A stretch of DNA of 64,000 nt from Candidatus Krumholzibacteriota bacterium (GTDB lineage: Bacteria; Krumholzibacteriota; Krumholzibacteriia; JAJRXK01): the NCBI GenBank assembly GCA_963764625.1, contig CAVXTH010000009.1:576001-640000 (forward strand). Direction: 5' to 3'. This document shows, piece after piece, positions 40,110 to 49,225 of the stretch. The notes under the pieces were generated by a model. The model made no database searches, was not told where the DNA came from, and worked only from the letters and a program-made list of their open reading frames with translations. Positions within the stretch are counted from its first letter, which is position 1. Every line of letters begins with the position of its first letter. Position numbers and translations under genes: made by a program.

Positions 40110-41088
40110 TCAAACCGAGCGGTTGAGACCGCAGGCCTCACGGCATTCCTCGATGGTTTGTCTTGCCAAGACCCGGGCTCGACGGGCGCCTTCTTGGAGG
40201 ACGTCTTCCACCAGCGAGGGCTGTTGCTGTAGTTCGCGGAAGCGCTGTCGAGCTGGGGCGAAATGGCGCATCGATCTGGGCGAGAAGTCGTTTCTTCGCC
40301 TCTCCGTAGCCGATCGAGCCCTGACGATACTCCGCTTCCATTTCCTCGATTTCTTCCCCGCTCGCGAACAGCCGGTACAGACCGAAAACGTTGTCGTCCT
40401 TCGTGGGAAGTGGTTGTCCCAAGTCGATGGGCTTGGTCACGATTCCCATTACCGATTTCTTGAGGGCTTTCCCTTCGGCGAAGATCGAGATCGTGTTGTC
40501 GTAGCTCTTGGACATCTTGGCTCCGTCGGTACCGGGAACCTTTGGGCTCTCGCTCAACCTCCACTCGGGACGCACGAGGACCTCTTTGCCATAGGTGCCG
40601 TTGAAATAGCCGGCCATGTCCTGCGCCATCTCCAAATGCTGCACCTGGTCCTGCCCAACCGGAACGAGCTCGCCCTTGACGATGAGAATGTCCGCCGCCA
40701 TGAGCACCGGGTAGTAGAAGAGCCCCAGGCTGGGCTTCAGTCCGCGGCCGATCTTGTCCTTGTACGAGTGGGCGCGCTCGATGAGGCCCATGCCGGTAAC
40801 GGTCGCCAGCAACCAGGTGAGCTCGGTGACCTCCGGGACGTCGCTCTGGCGATAGAATACCGTCCGCTTCGGATCGAGCCCCATGGCGAGGTAGGTGAGG
40901 GCCACCTCCTGGACGTATTCCCGCAAGCGGGAAGGGTCCTGCACGGTGGTCAGGGCGTGGTAGTCCGCGATGAAGTAGAAGCACTCGTTCCCGGGTTCAT
41001 CCTGCAACTGGAGATGCTGCTGGATGGCGCCGAAGTAGTTGCCCAAGTGCAACTTTCCCGTGGGTTGCACGCCCGACAGAATGCGCAT
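40110..41088 (-). CDS. trpS: Tryptophan--tRNA ligase, frameshifted near 40255
   Basis: SGVQPTGKLHLGNY, YPVLMAADIL, GQDQ, KMSKS; the C-terminus VLQEGARRAR...ACGL lies in another frame. Confidence 0.95.
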
Positions 41089-41171
41089 GAGATTCCCACC
41101 TCAGACTTCAGGGCCTACCAGGCGAGCTCACCGAGCTTTGGGCGCGAGCGAAGAACGAGTCCGAATGGGGG

Positions 41172-41200
41172 AGGCTATCGCGTCGTCCCCGCATCGTCAA
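41172..41200 (-). promoter_or_regulatory. Sigma70-type promoter of trpS
   Basis: TTGACG-N17-TAGCCT on the minus strand. Confidence 0.65.
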
Positions 41201-41259
41201 CCGAGCCCTGAATTCACCGATCACCGGCCGGATCGAGGAACTTGAACGCCGCGGCGGAA

Positions 41260-42642
41260 TCAAGCGGGAGTCTGGGGAAGCCGAGCCGCGACCTCGCGAA
41301 TCTGATCCAGGAGTCGATCCAGATCCCCCCGCGCCAGCTCGGGATTCACGGTGACCAGTCGGATGACGCTCACTCCCTCGACCTGACCGTAGCCGATCTT
41401 GGCGAGGCCGCGCTCGGCCAGTTCCTGACAGATCCGCTCGCTGCTCTTGCCCTCCACGACGAAGCAAACCGTGATGCACGTAGGTTTCTCGATCAGACGA
41501 AGCCCATCGGTTGCCTCGATCCGCGCGGCGGCATGGCGCGCGAGCTCGAACTGTCGCTCCACTCTCTTTTCCCATCCCGCGTCCCCGAAGTAGCGCCAGG
41601 CGGCCCAGAGTTTCAGGGCGTCGTTTCGTCTTCCGCAGTGGAGGTTTTGATTGCCCGGATTCACCGCGTCATCGTCCGCCTGGAAAAGATACTCCGCGGT
41701 TTCACTGAGACTCGCGCGCAAGAGTCCCGGCTCTCTGCACAAGAACACCGAACAGGGCAGGGGGACCCCCATCATCTTGTGAGGATCCCAGCTGAGGGAG
41801 TCAGCTAGCTCGATTCCCCGCAGAAGGGGACGCCGCCGCGCCGAGAGGGCGACCGAGGCGCCGAAGGCGCCGTCGACGTGCAGCCATAGTCCGCGCGGGC
41901 CGGTGATCCGCGCGAGCTCGTCCAGGGGGTCGAAGGCGCCGCGCACCGTAGTGCCGGCGGTCGCGTTCACCAGAAACGGGGTCCTCGAGGCGTGCAGGTC
42001 GGCTTCGATCTGGCGTTCCAACTCCTCGGCTGACATTCGGCCGCGCTCATCGACCGCGATCCGGCGCACGTTCTCACGCCCGATTCCCAGAATTCCGGCC
42101 GCCTTCACCACCGAGTAGTGCGATTCGGTCGAGGTGTACATCACCGGCCGTTGGCCGCCCGGACCCTCTTCTCTCCAGCCGGGAAAGGCCCGGTTTCGCG
42201 CCAGCAAGAGCCCGAGCAGATTGGAGAGGCTTCCCCCGGCCTGGAACGAGCCCTCGGCCCGGGGCATGCCCACGATTTCGGCCATGTGCCGCAGCAGGGC
42301 GCGCTCGAGCAGGATCTGCGGCCCGGCCGCCTTGTAGGTGTACATCGAATTGTTGAGGATCGCGCTCAGGACCTCCCCCGCCACGGCCGCGTTCTCGCGG
42401 CCCCCGAAGAGCTGGTTGAAGAAGTGTCGGGAGTTGGTGCGAGGGGTGCCCGCCGCGAGGGTGATGAGCTCGTCGATCACCTGGTCCAGGCTCTTGCCTT
42501 CAGGGGTGAGAGTCAGATCGAGTTGGTCCCTGACGGTGGAGGGAGGCAGGGAGGGCAGGACGGGGCGTGCGCTTTCCTCGGAAAGAGCTTCCCGCAGCAG
42601 GCGATGCACCGACTCGAGCAACTCGGCATTCTTCTCTTCCAC
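41260..42642 (-). CDS. Group II PLP-dependent decarboxylase with CSAD-type motif
   Basis: FFNQLF, SHYS, TAGTTVRGAFD, HVDGA, PLP-lysine WDPHKMMGVP, CGRRND. Confidence 0.9.
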   Translation of the reverse strand: MEEKNAELLESVHRLLREALSEESARPVLPSLPPSTVRDQLDLTLTPEGKSLDQVIDELITLAAGTPRTNSRHFFNQLFGGRENAAVAGEVLSAILNNSMYTYKAAGPQILLERALLRHMAEIVGMPRAEGSFQAGGSLSNLLGLLLARNRAFPGWREEGPGGQRPVMYTSTESHYSVVKAAGILGIGRENVRRIAVDERGRMSAEELERQIEADLHASRTPFLVNATAGTTVRGAFDPLDELARITGPRGLWLHVDGAFGASVALSARRRPLLRGIELADSLSWDPHKMMGVPLPCSVFLCREPGLLRASLSETAEYLFQADDDAVNPGNQNLHCGRRNDALKLWAAWRYFGDAGWEKRVERQFELARHAAARIEATDGLRLIEKPTCITVCFVVEGKSSERICQELAERGLAKIGYGQVEGVSVIRLVTVNPELARGDLDRLLDQIREVAARLPQTPA

Positions 42643-42781
42643 GCGTCAGCTCCCAGACGAGAGTCCTTGGGCCAGAGGGAGCATATCGACTCGCGGCGCG
42701 AGTGCAAGCCAGGGCTTGGATCGAACTCCCTCGTGGGGCTACAATGCATGCACTGTGATTCCCTGCCGCGTCGAGGTGCCC

Positions 42782-43048
42782 ATGGCTTGTCTGCGTGATA
42801 TTCTCGTGACCTGGGTGGACAAGGATGTGACGGTGGTGAACCCTCGCAGTTTCTCCGAGTCCGTCATGCGGGACACCGTGCAACTGGAGACTTACCTTGC
42901 GACCATTACCGAAGTAGGGGAGGACTACCTGCGATTGGGCTACGAGGCCCCCAAGAGAAAAACCCTGGAGAAAGTGGATCAGATCGTGCCGCTGCGGGAA
43001 ATCCGTCGGCTCAGCCGGTGGGGCGGCGAGCTGATTCTCCATCTCTGA
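42782..43048 (+). CDS. Small hypothetical protein (88 aa), possibly Sm-like beta-barrel
   Basis: SD GAGGTG; upstream TTGGAT-N18-TACAAT; fills the gap between oppositely oriented genes. Confidence 0.7.
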   Translation: MACLRDILVTWVDKDVTVVNPRSFSESVMRDTVQLETYLATITEVGEDYLRLGYEAPKRKTLEKVDQIVPLREIRRLSRWGGELILHL

Positions 43049-43080
43049 TTCGCGCGTGGGCCGAAGGCCACGCGACGGAA

Positions 43081-43593
43081 TCACATCGGCGAAAAGCCCT
43101 GTTGCGACCAGTATTCGTCCTGGGTGAATTTCTGCAGGTCCATCAGCGCATTCAGATGTCCGATCTCCCACTCACTCAGCCAGCTGAAGAGCTTCTTCAG
43201 ATCTGGTTCGTCCGACTTGTCCGCCTGCTCCTTGTAGTAGGAGATCGCGCGCTTCTCCAGATCCACCCCGATCCCGATGACCGCCATCTCGAATGCTCCT
43301 CGGCGGAGAGACTTGCGAAAACTGTCGTCGATGATGTGAGCGGCGCCATGGTCCACCGCAGCCGGGTGGATCTCATCCAGATTCAGCTTTCCCTGGTTGG
43401 TGTAGCTCTCGAGCTGGATCTGAAGAATGCGCACGTGCTGTTCCTCATCCTTGGCCATGTCCTCGAACATGGCTTTGGCCGCGCCGTCCTCGGTGGTCTC
43501 GGCCGCATGGGAATAGAGTTGGTGACCTTTGATCTCGGTCATGATCGCTTCCTTCAGGACCTCGATCATCTGCTTTTTCTTGGCTTCGTCCAT
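43081..43593 (-). CDS. Ferritin-like (rubrerythrin-type) diiron protein
   Basis: E..Y, DEEQH, EKRAISYY, WEIGH ligands; SD GAGGAGG. Confidence 0.88.
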   Translation of the reverse strand: MDEAKKKQMIEVLKEAIMTEIKGHQLYSHAAETTEDGAAKAMFEDMAKDEEQHVRILQIQLESYTNQGKLNLDEIHPAAVDHGAAHIIDDSFRKSLRRGAFEMAVIGIGVDLEKRAISYYKEQADKSDEPDLKKLFSWLSEWEIGHLNALMDLQKFTQDEYWSQQGFSPM

Positions 43594-43697
43594 GGTACTC
43601 CTCCTCGCCCGCCAGGCGTTGGCCCTTCCTGCCATTAGGCATTCGTCAGCACTCAATCTTAGTCGCCAGGGAGCGCCAGGGAAGGAGAACCTGGATT

Positions 43698-44968
43698 CTA
43701 GTTCACACTGAAGATGTAGACGATGCGGGTGATCGCCCCCGAGTTATCTCGCACCGCGAGCGCGAAATTGTGGGCTCCGGGGGCGAGATCGGCGCTGGCC
43801 GAACTCAGGACCGCCCAGGGAGTATCCCATTCGGCTTCCTCCACGTTGAGAGGATCAGCGGCATCGAAGACGTACCGAGAGTCCGAAATGAGACCGGCGT
43901 ATTCCTCCGCGCTGGCGGTCCACGCAAACGTGAGCGTGGAGTCGCCGAAAGCGCCCAGGTCGACGGCCGCGGTGGTCTCGCCCTGGAAGTCCATCTCGCC
44001 CGCAGTGGGATCGGTCGCGTGAACCAACGGGAAGAAGCCTCCGTCCACGTGGAAGTGGAGGAGATTGGTGTTCCAGCGGAAGGTGGTGGTGATGGCGTTG
44101 GCCCGGTCCCTCGCCTGGACCGCGAGGAACCACGAGCTGCCGGGAGCGAGGTTGGTGAGAGTGATGTCGCTCTCGGGCCGGCTCGTGCGTTCGAAGGGCA
44201 TCCAATCGGACCAACTGTTCTCGTGAAAGAGGGTGGTGGAATCGAGACGCTCGTATTGACTGCGCGTGACGCAGTCGCCCGCGAGGGGGACACTCAACCC
44301 GGCATCGTGGAAGGCGGCCGGATCCAGATCTTCCACCGCCACCAGAGCGTAACGGAAGTCCGCCGCGATCCGAACCGGATCATCCGCATCATCGGTATCG
44401 ATGCCCAGGTCCAGGGTTGCATTGGTGGGCTGGCAGACGTCCTGGTTCAGGGTGGGTAGATCGAACTGTACTTGGGGAAGGATGGTCGTGACGGTGAAAC
44501 TGGCCGAAGCCGGAGTCGGGTCGACGTTGCCGTGTTGATCGACAGCGCGCACGAAGAAGGTGTGAGTCTGCCAATTCCTGAAATCGATGGGATCGATGAT
44601 GGCCGGGTTCGTGACGTCCGCGGGGAAGGAATCCAGCTCGGCCGAGGCATTCGAAAGTCGAATCGCCGAGTTCGGTAAAGTGCCATGCGAGGCCCAGAGT
44701 GTCTACCGGGTCGACGACGCCATCCGGACCATCGTTACTCATCCGCCACTGGAAGGAGACGACCGTTCCGTCTTCGTCGCTTCCGAGCCAGGCGAGAGAA
44801 ACTCGATACGAATTCGGGATGTCGTCTCGGGGCGCGAGCGACGATCCGCGTATCAGGGGGCTGGTCCGCCACCGGTTCGGTGGTGGAATTGCTGCACGAG
44901 AAGAGGCCGCAGATCAAGAGCGAGGCTCCGAACACCCCGAATGGTCTCCGCGGAACATGCACCTGCAT
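43698..44968 (-). CDS. Beta-rich surface lipoprotein, at least two frameshifts (about 44830 and 44640)
   Basis: Lipobox GLFS-C, PPDTRI, then DGVVDPVDT in a second frame, then RAVDQHGNVDPTPA in a third. Confidence 0.7.
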
Positions 44969-45106
44969 CGCGTCGTCATCTCCCAGTCTGCTTCGGGGGG
45001 ATCGCACCCTTCGTGCGCCGCTTCTTCGTTGCTCGCACCTAGCACGAACCGGATCCGCACCGTGGCCGATCCGGCCCAAGCAAGCTAAGGAAACCGCTCG
45101 CCGCCA

Positions 45107-45300
45107 TCAAGGGCGCCCCCTGCGAGCAGCGTTGCGCTGCGCGAGTTGGGCAGGCGGCGGCCATGGCTTCCGCTCTATCAGTTCGAAGAACACGACCCAA
45201 TCGTCTTCCGTCTTGCACCAAGGACGAATCACGAAATTCACCGAAGAGTCCGCAAGCCGCCACCAGTTTGACCAGAGGGGCCCGGATCCTTCACGCATCT
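45107..45300 (-). pseudogene. Remnant of an MscS mechanosensitive channel C-terminus
   Basis: LADSSVNFVIRPWCKTEDDWVVFFEL matches the MscS cytoplasmic domain; no TM region upstream. Confidence 0.7.
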
Positions 45301-45333
45301 TCTGGCGAGTGAAATCTCGTGACGGCTCAGGCT

Positions 45334-46356
45334 CTAGAAGAAGCGATAGCTCAATCCCAGAGCCAGGGTCTGTTTCCATTGCGCGGCCTTGCGGATGCCC
45401 ACGTCGGAGTTGGCGATCCGCACTTCCAGCGGCAAGTCGGGGTTTAGGTCGGTGCTCGTGTCGAACTTCTCGTACACGAGCTGAAAGAAGAGATTCACCG
45501 ACAGGACGTTCGTGATCTTCGCGGTGAGCGTATTCTGCCAATCGGCGCTCGGCACTCTCCAATAGTCGGCGATCGCATCTCTGGTCATGTTGCTATCGGC
45601 GAGATCCGCATCGAAGCGCGCGAGGTCATTTTTCGCGGAATACAGCACCGGTACGAACACCACGAGGCGCGAGTTCAGAGTGAAGCGATCCTGGGAGAAG
45701 GGAAAACTCGCGATGCTCTGCCATTCGAGGCCACCGTCGAGAGTGCTGGTGGTTGCGCTTTTGTCTCCTGTAAGATCTTGAAAGGTCTTGGCGACGCTTT
45801 GACGCAAGCTGAAGCCGAGACGCGTGAGGATCTCCTTGTTCTCGGTCTTCTGGAAGATCTTGGTGATCCCGGCCGCCTCGTTGAAGCGAAGAGGATTGAA
45901 ATTGAAATCACCGCGCGCGTCGCTCTTGTCCCAGAATTGCGATTCGAAGCGGAATTGCAGGTAGGGATTGAATGAGTGCTTTCCCCAGCGGCCCGTGGAT
46001 TCGAGCAGAATCTGATCGTTGTTTTTTTCGGGACGGTCCCAGGTATTGTGGCGCGGACTTTCGGGATCCTCCACTTGCTTCGCTGTCATTCCATAGGCCA
46101 GATTCAAGGTGCTCGTCCAGTTGAACGATTCGGTGTATTGACGCTCCGCGCGCAGGTCGGACTTGATGCTCCAGGCGTAGGAGCCGCGATCTCCGCCCGC
46201 CCAGTTGTTCGAGAAGGTGCTCTGGTTGAGATTGAGTCCCGCGATCATTTCGAAGTGCCAGGGTCCTGGCTGAACTTCAACTTGAGCGACCGCAGCGTCA
46301 AGGGCGATGGAAACGCCCACGAGGCAGAGGATCACGGTGGTGATGGTGGATCTCAC
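45334..46356 (-). CDS. DUF3078-like outer-membrane beta-barrel protein
   Basis: Signal peptide, NQSTFSNNWAGG, terminal QWKQTLALGLSYRFF. Confidence 0.78.
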   Translation of the reverse strand: MRSTITTVILCLVGVSIALDAAVAQVEVQPGPWHFEMIAGLNLNQSTFSNNWAGGDRGSYAWSIKSDLRAERQYTESFNWTSTLNLAYGMTAKQVEDPESPRHNTWDRPEKNNDQILLESTGRWGKHSFNPYLQFRFESQFWDKSDARGDFNFNPLRFNEAAGITKIFQKTENKEILTRLGFSLRQSVAKTFQDLTGDKSATTSTLDGGLEWQSIASFPFSQDRFTLNSRLVVFVPVLYSAKNDLARFDADLADSNMTRDAIADYWRVPSADWQNTLTAKITNVLSVNLFFQLVYEKFDTSTDLNPDLPLEVRIANSDVGIRKAAQWKQTLALGLSYRFF

Positions 46357-46522
46357 GGAAGTCCTCTCCGTTTCAGGCCGGGTTGGAAGAAATCTGTCGT
46401 TTCAGAGGATCTCCAGTCTATCGGGAACAAGACAAAGCGCAAGCTCCCGGGTCCACTCCATTCGAGGCGGTCGTGCGGGGGAAGCTCTTGTGCCTGAGGT
46501 GGTGTACGGATACCATCACGAC

Positions 46523-47236
46523 ATGTCCACTGATGCATCCCTCGACGCCCTTGCGATCGGCGCCCATCCCGACGACGCGGAGATGGCGATCGGCGGCATT
46601 CTGGCCGCCCTGGCTTCGGCGGGCCGCCGGGTCATGATTCTCTCTTTGACCGCGGGTGAGATGGGGACCTGGGGCACTCCGCGTGAGCGCGCGAAAGAGG
46701 CAGCGGAAGCAGCGCGCATTCTGAGTTGTGAAAACCGGATTCTCGATTTTCCCGACGGGGGCGTCACCGAGGATCGCGAGAATCGTCTGCGTGTGGCCCA
46801 ACTCGTTCGCGAATTGCGCCCGACGATCGTGCTGGCACCCTACCCCTACAACCGGGCCAGTCATCTGGACGGTCGGGCGAACGTGGATCATCTGGCGACC
46901 GGTCTTTTGGCTCGGGAGGGATGCAAGTTGGCTCGTCTGCGCAAGGCTGTGCCCGAGCGGGAACCCCATCAGGTCAAACGGCTGTTCTACTACATGCTAC
47001 CCGAGACGGTGCAGCCCAGTTTCGTGGTCGACGTCACCGCGCACGAGGAGACGCTCACGCGGGCCATCGAGGCCTATCAGAGCCAGATGCCCATCGGCCG
47101 CGGTCCTCAGTCGATCCTGCAGATTCTTCTCGCGCAAAGGCGTTCGATGGGAGCGCGCCTGCACGTCGGCATGGCCGAGGCCGTGTTCAGCGAGGACGCG
47201 CTGGGAGGTTCGGTGGAAGCGCTCTTTCAAGTTTGA
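46523..47236 (+). CDS. PIG-L/LmbE deacetylase (BshB1-like)
   Basis: AIGAHPDDAEM, LTAGEMGT, second motif NVDH in place of HPDH, AYQSQ. Confidence 0.85.
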   Translation: MSTDASLDALAIGAHPDDAEMAIGGILAALASAGRRVMILSLTAGEMGTWGTPRERAKEAAEAARILSCENRILDFPDGGVTEDRENRLRVAQLVRELRPTIVLAPYPYNRASHLDGRANVDHLATGLLAREGCKLARLRKAVPEREPHQVKRLFYYMLPETVQPSFVVDVTAHEETLTRAIEAYQSQMPIGRGPQSILQILLAQRRSMGARLHVGMAEAVFSEDALGGSVEALFQV

Positions 47237-47260
47237 CGAACGAGCACCTTCAAGGAGAGA

Positions 47261-47680
47261 GTGGCGATCGTGGAGGCTCCAAAAATCCATCCCGACTCCT
47301 TGCGCCCCTTGGTCTTCGTTCTCCGTCTGAGCGCGCTCTACGACTGGACGTGCTTCGTCGTGGTCCTGGCCATGCCTCCCTGGCTCTTTTCGTTTTTTTC
47401 CCATCCACTGCCCTGCTCTCCCTTCCTGTTCCGGATGGCGGCGTTGCCGCTCCTCGTGCTTCCCCTGGTGTATCTGACCGCAGCGGAAACCGCGCATCGC
47501 TGTCCTCCGCTCGTGGACCTCTCCGTCGCGATGCGCATCACCGGAGCGCTCGGCATCATCGGGCTCGTGTTCTGGCATGACCCCAAGGGTGCGGCGGCGT
47601 ACTGGTTCTTCGCCGCGAGCGACTTCGTGTGGGCGGGTCTCTACTTCTTCTTCGCTCGCCGGGTGGCGGTGGAGAAGTAG
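47261..47680 (+). CDS. Four-TM membrane protein
   Basis: SD AAGGAG; four hydrophobic segments. Confidence 0.7.
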   Translation: MAIVEAPKIHPDSLRPLVFVLRLSALYDWTCFVVVLAMPPWLFSFFSHPLPCSPFLFRMAALPLLVLPLVYLTAAETAHRCPPLVDLSVAMRITGALGIIGLVFWHDPKGAAAYWFFAASDFVWAGLYFFFARRVAVEK

Positions 47681-47823
47681 AAGCCGTCTTGGCGAGCGGA
47701 AACCCGGCGCGCCGCGCCGGGGCGAATCGACCTTTCCGACGGCAAACGCGGCTAGGATGCCCTAGGGCGCGGATCTATCTTGGTGAGGCCTCGAATGGAT
47801 CCCAAGTGCCAAGGAGGAATCCC

Positions 47824-49188
47824 ATGAAGTCGACCGTCTTTGCTCTCGTCGCTCTCTCGTGCGTGTTGCCATGGGTTGCTCACGCCGCCGCGCCGTCGGG
47901 GGAAGCCGCCCTGGGAACGAGAAGCTATGAGGATTTTCAGCCCAACGAAGTCTGCCTCGATTGCCACGTGGACATCACCCGTCAATACGAACAGTCATTG
48001 ATGTCGATGAGCTTCACCCACGACTGGGATGAGATCGAGTATTTCGATCTGGCCCTGCCGCATGCGGAGAACGTCGCCAAGGTCGCCGGCGTCAAGGCGG
48101 GGTGTAATGGATGTCATGCCCCGCTTGCATTTCTCGCCGGGGACATTCCGCCGCAGAGACCGGAGAAAGGTACGCGCGCCAATGAAGGAGTGAGTTGCGA
48201 CCTCTGTCACTCCATCACCGGCTTTACCGGTGACATTCCATTCAACTTCAACTACATCGTCGAGCCCGGCGAAACCAAGCAGGGCGTGCGCAGCGGGACC
48301 GAGAGCCCGTTCCATTCCATTCAAGCCAATCCCTTCCTCATGAGCGCGGAGTTCTGCGGCACCTGCCATAACGAGAAGGACCCCTGGGGTCTGTGGGTCA
48401 AGGCCACGCATCTCGAGTGGAAGGAGAGCCCGCAGGCGAAGGCGGGGATCGTATGCCAGGACTGTCACATGCCGCCCGCTTCCGGAAACTCCGCTCCAGA
48501 GTCCGGGGGGGCAGACCACCCGGACATCCGGCAGCACCTCTTCCATGGCGCACACGACCTGGGAAAGCTTGCCGGAGCGGTGGAAGTTCGCATCCACTCT
48601 CTGAGCGACTCTGCGCGGCCGCACGGGGAGGCGCGCTTCACCGCCACGGTGGTGAACGCGAAAGCTGCCCACATGATTCCCTCCGGCTCGGCCGAGGAGA
48701 GGCTCTTGTGGCTCGACGTGGTGGCGATCGACGCGGCGGGGAACTCCTACCGCCTGCCGGTCGATGCGAAGGGCTTTCAAGGGGAGGAGTGGACGGTTGC
48801 TTCCGGGGATGCAAAAGCGTATCAGGACCTCGGGGACATCCAGGGACTCGCCGATTTCGCCGGACTGCTCAGAGACGCGCCAGTGCCGGCGGGAGACCGT
48901 ATCTTCCGCTTGCCGTATCTCGACCCCCGAGGCCGGATGACGATCGCGCAGTGGAACACCGCCGATTTCGGGCCGGACTATCGTCTTGCCCCTCTCAAGG
49001 CGGTGAACGAAAGCTACACCTGGACGCTTCCCGAGGGTGTGGCCCCTGGTCCCCTTGTCGTCACCGCGAGCGTCTGGTACGCGAGGGTGCCGGGGGACGT
49101 GGCGCGCTTCTTGGGGATTCCTCAGGATGAGTCCGCGCCGGTGAAGATGAGCGAGCACTCGACCACGATTGAGGTGGCGGGATCCTAG
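47824..49188 (+). CDS. Periplasmic pentaheme c-type cytochrome
   Basis: Signal peptide; CLDCH, CNGCH, CDLCH, CGTCH, CQDCH. Confidence 0.92.
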   Translation: MKSTVFALVALSCVLPWVAHAAAPSGEAALGTRSYEDFQPNEVCLDCHVDITRQYEQSLMSMSFTHDWDEIEYFDLALPHAENVAKVAGVKAGCNGCHAPLAFLAGDIPPQRPEKGTRANEGVSCDLCHSITGFTGDIPFNFNYIVEPGETKQGVRSGTESPFHSIQANPFLMSAEFCGTCHNEKDPWGLWVKATHLEWKESPQAKAGIVCQDCHMPPASGNSAPESGGADHPDIRQHLFHGAHDLGKLAGAVEVRIHSLSDSARPHGEARFTATVVNAKAAHMIPSGSAEERLLWLDVVAIDAAGNSYRLPVDAKGFQGEEWTVASGDAKAYQDLGDIQGLADFAGLLRDAPVPAGDRIFRLPYLDPRGRMTIAQWNTADFGPDYRLAPLKAVNESYTWTLPEGVAPGPLVVTASVWYARVPGDVARFLGIPQDESAPVKMSEHSTTIEVAGS

Positions 49189-49225
49189 CTCTCTCGCAGA
49201 GAGCGATTAGATTTCGGCCGAGAAC

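Noticed and set aside
38288-40984. 898-aa ORF as a TrpRS-TPR fusion
   Set aside because: The N-terminal third is an off-frame overlap of trpS; the TPR gene has its own SD and ATG at 40012.
41089-41170. T-box or Trp attenuator upstream of trpS
   Set aside because: The leader is only about 75 nt, with no T-box sequence and no Trp-codon leader peptide.
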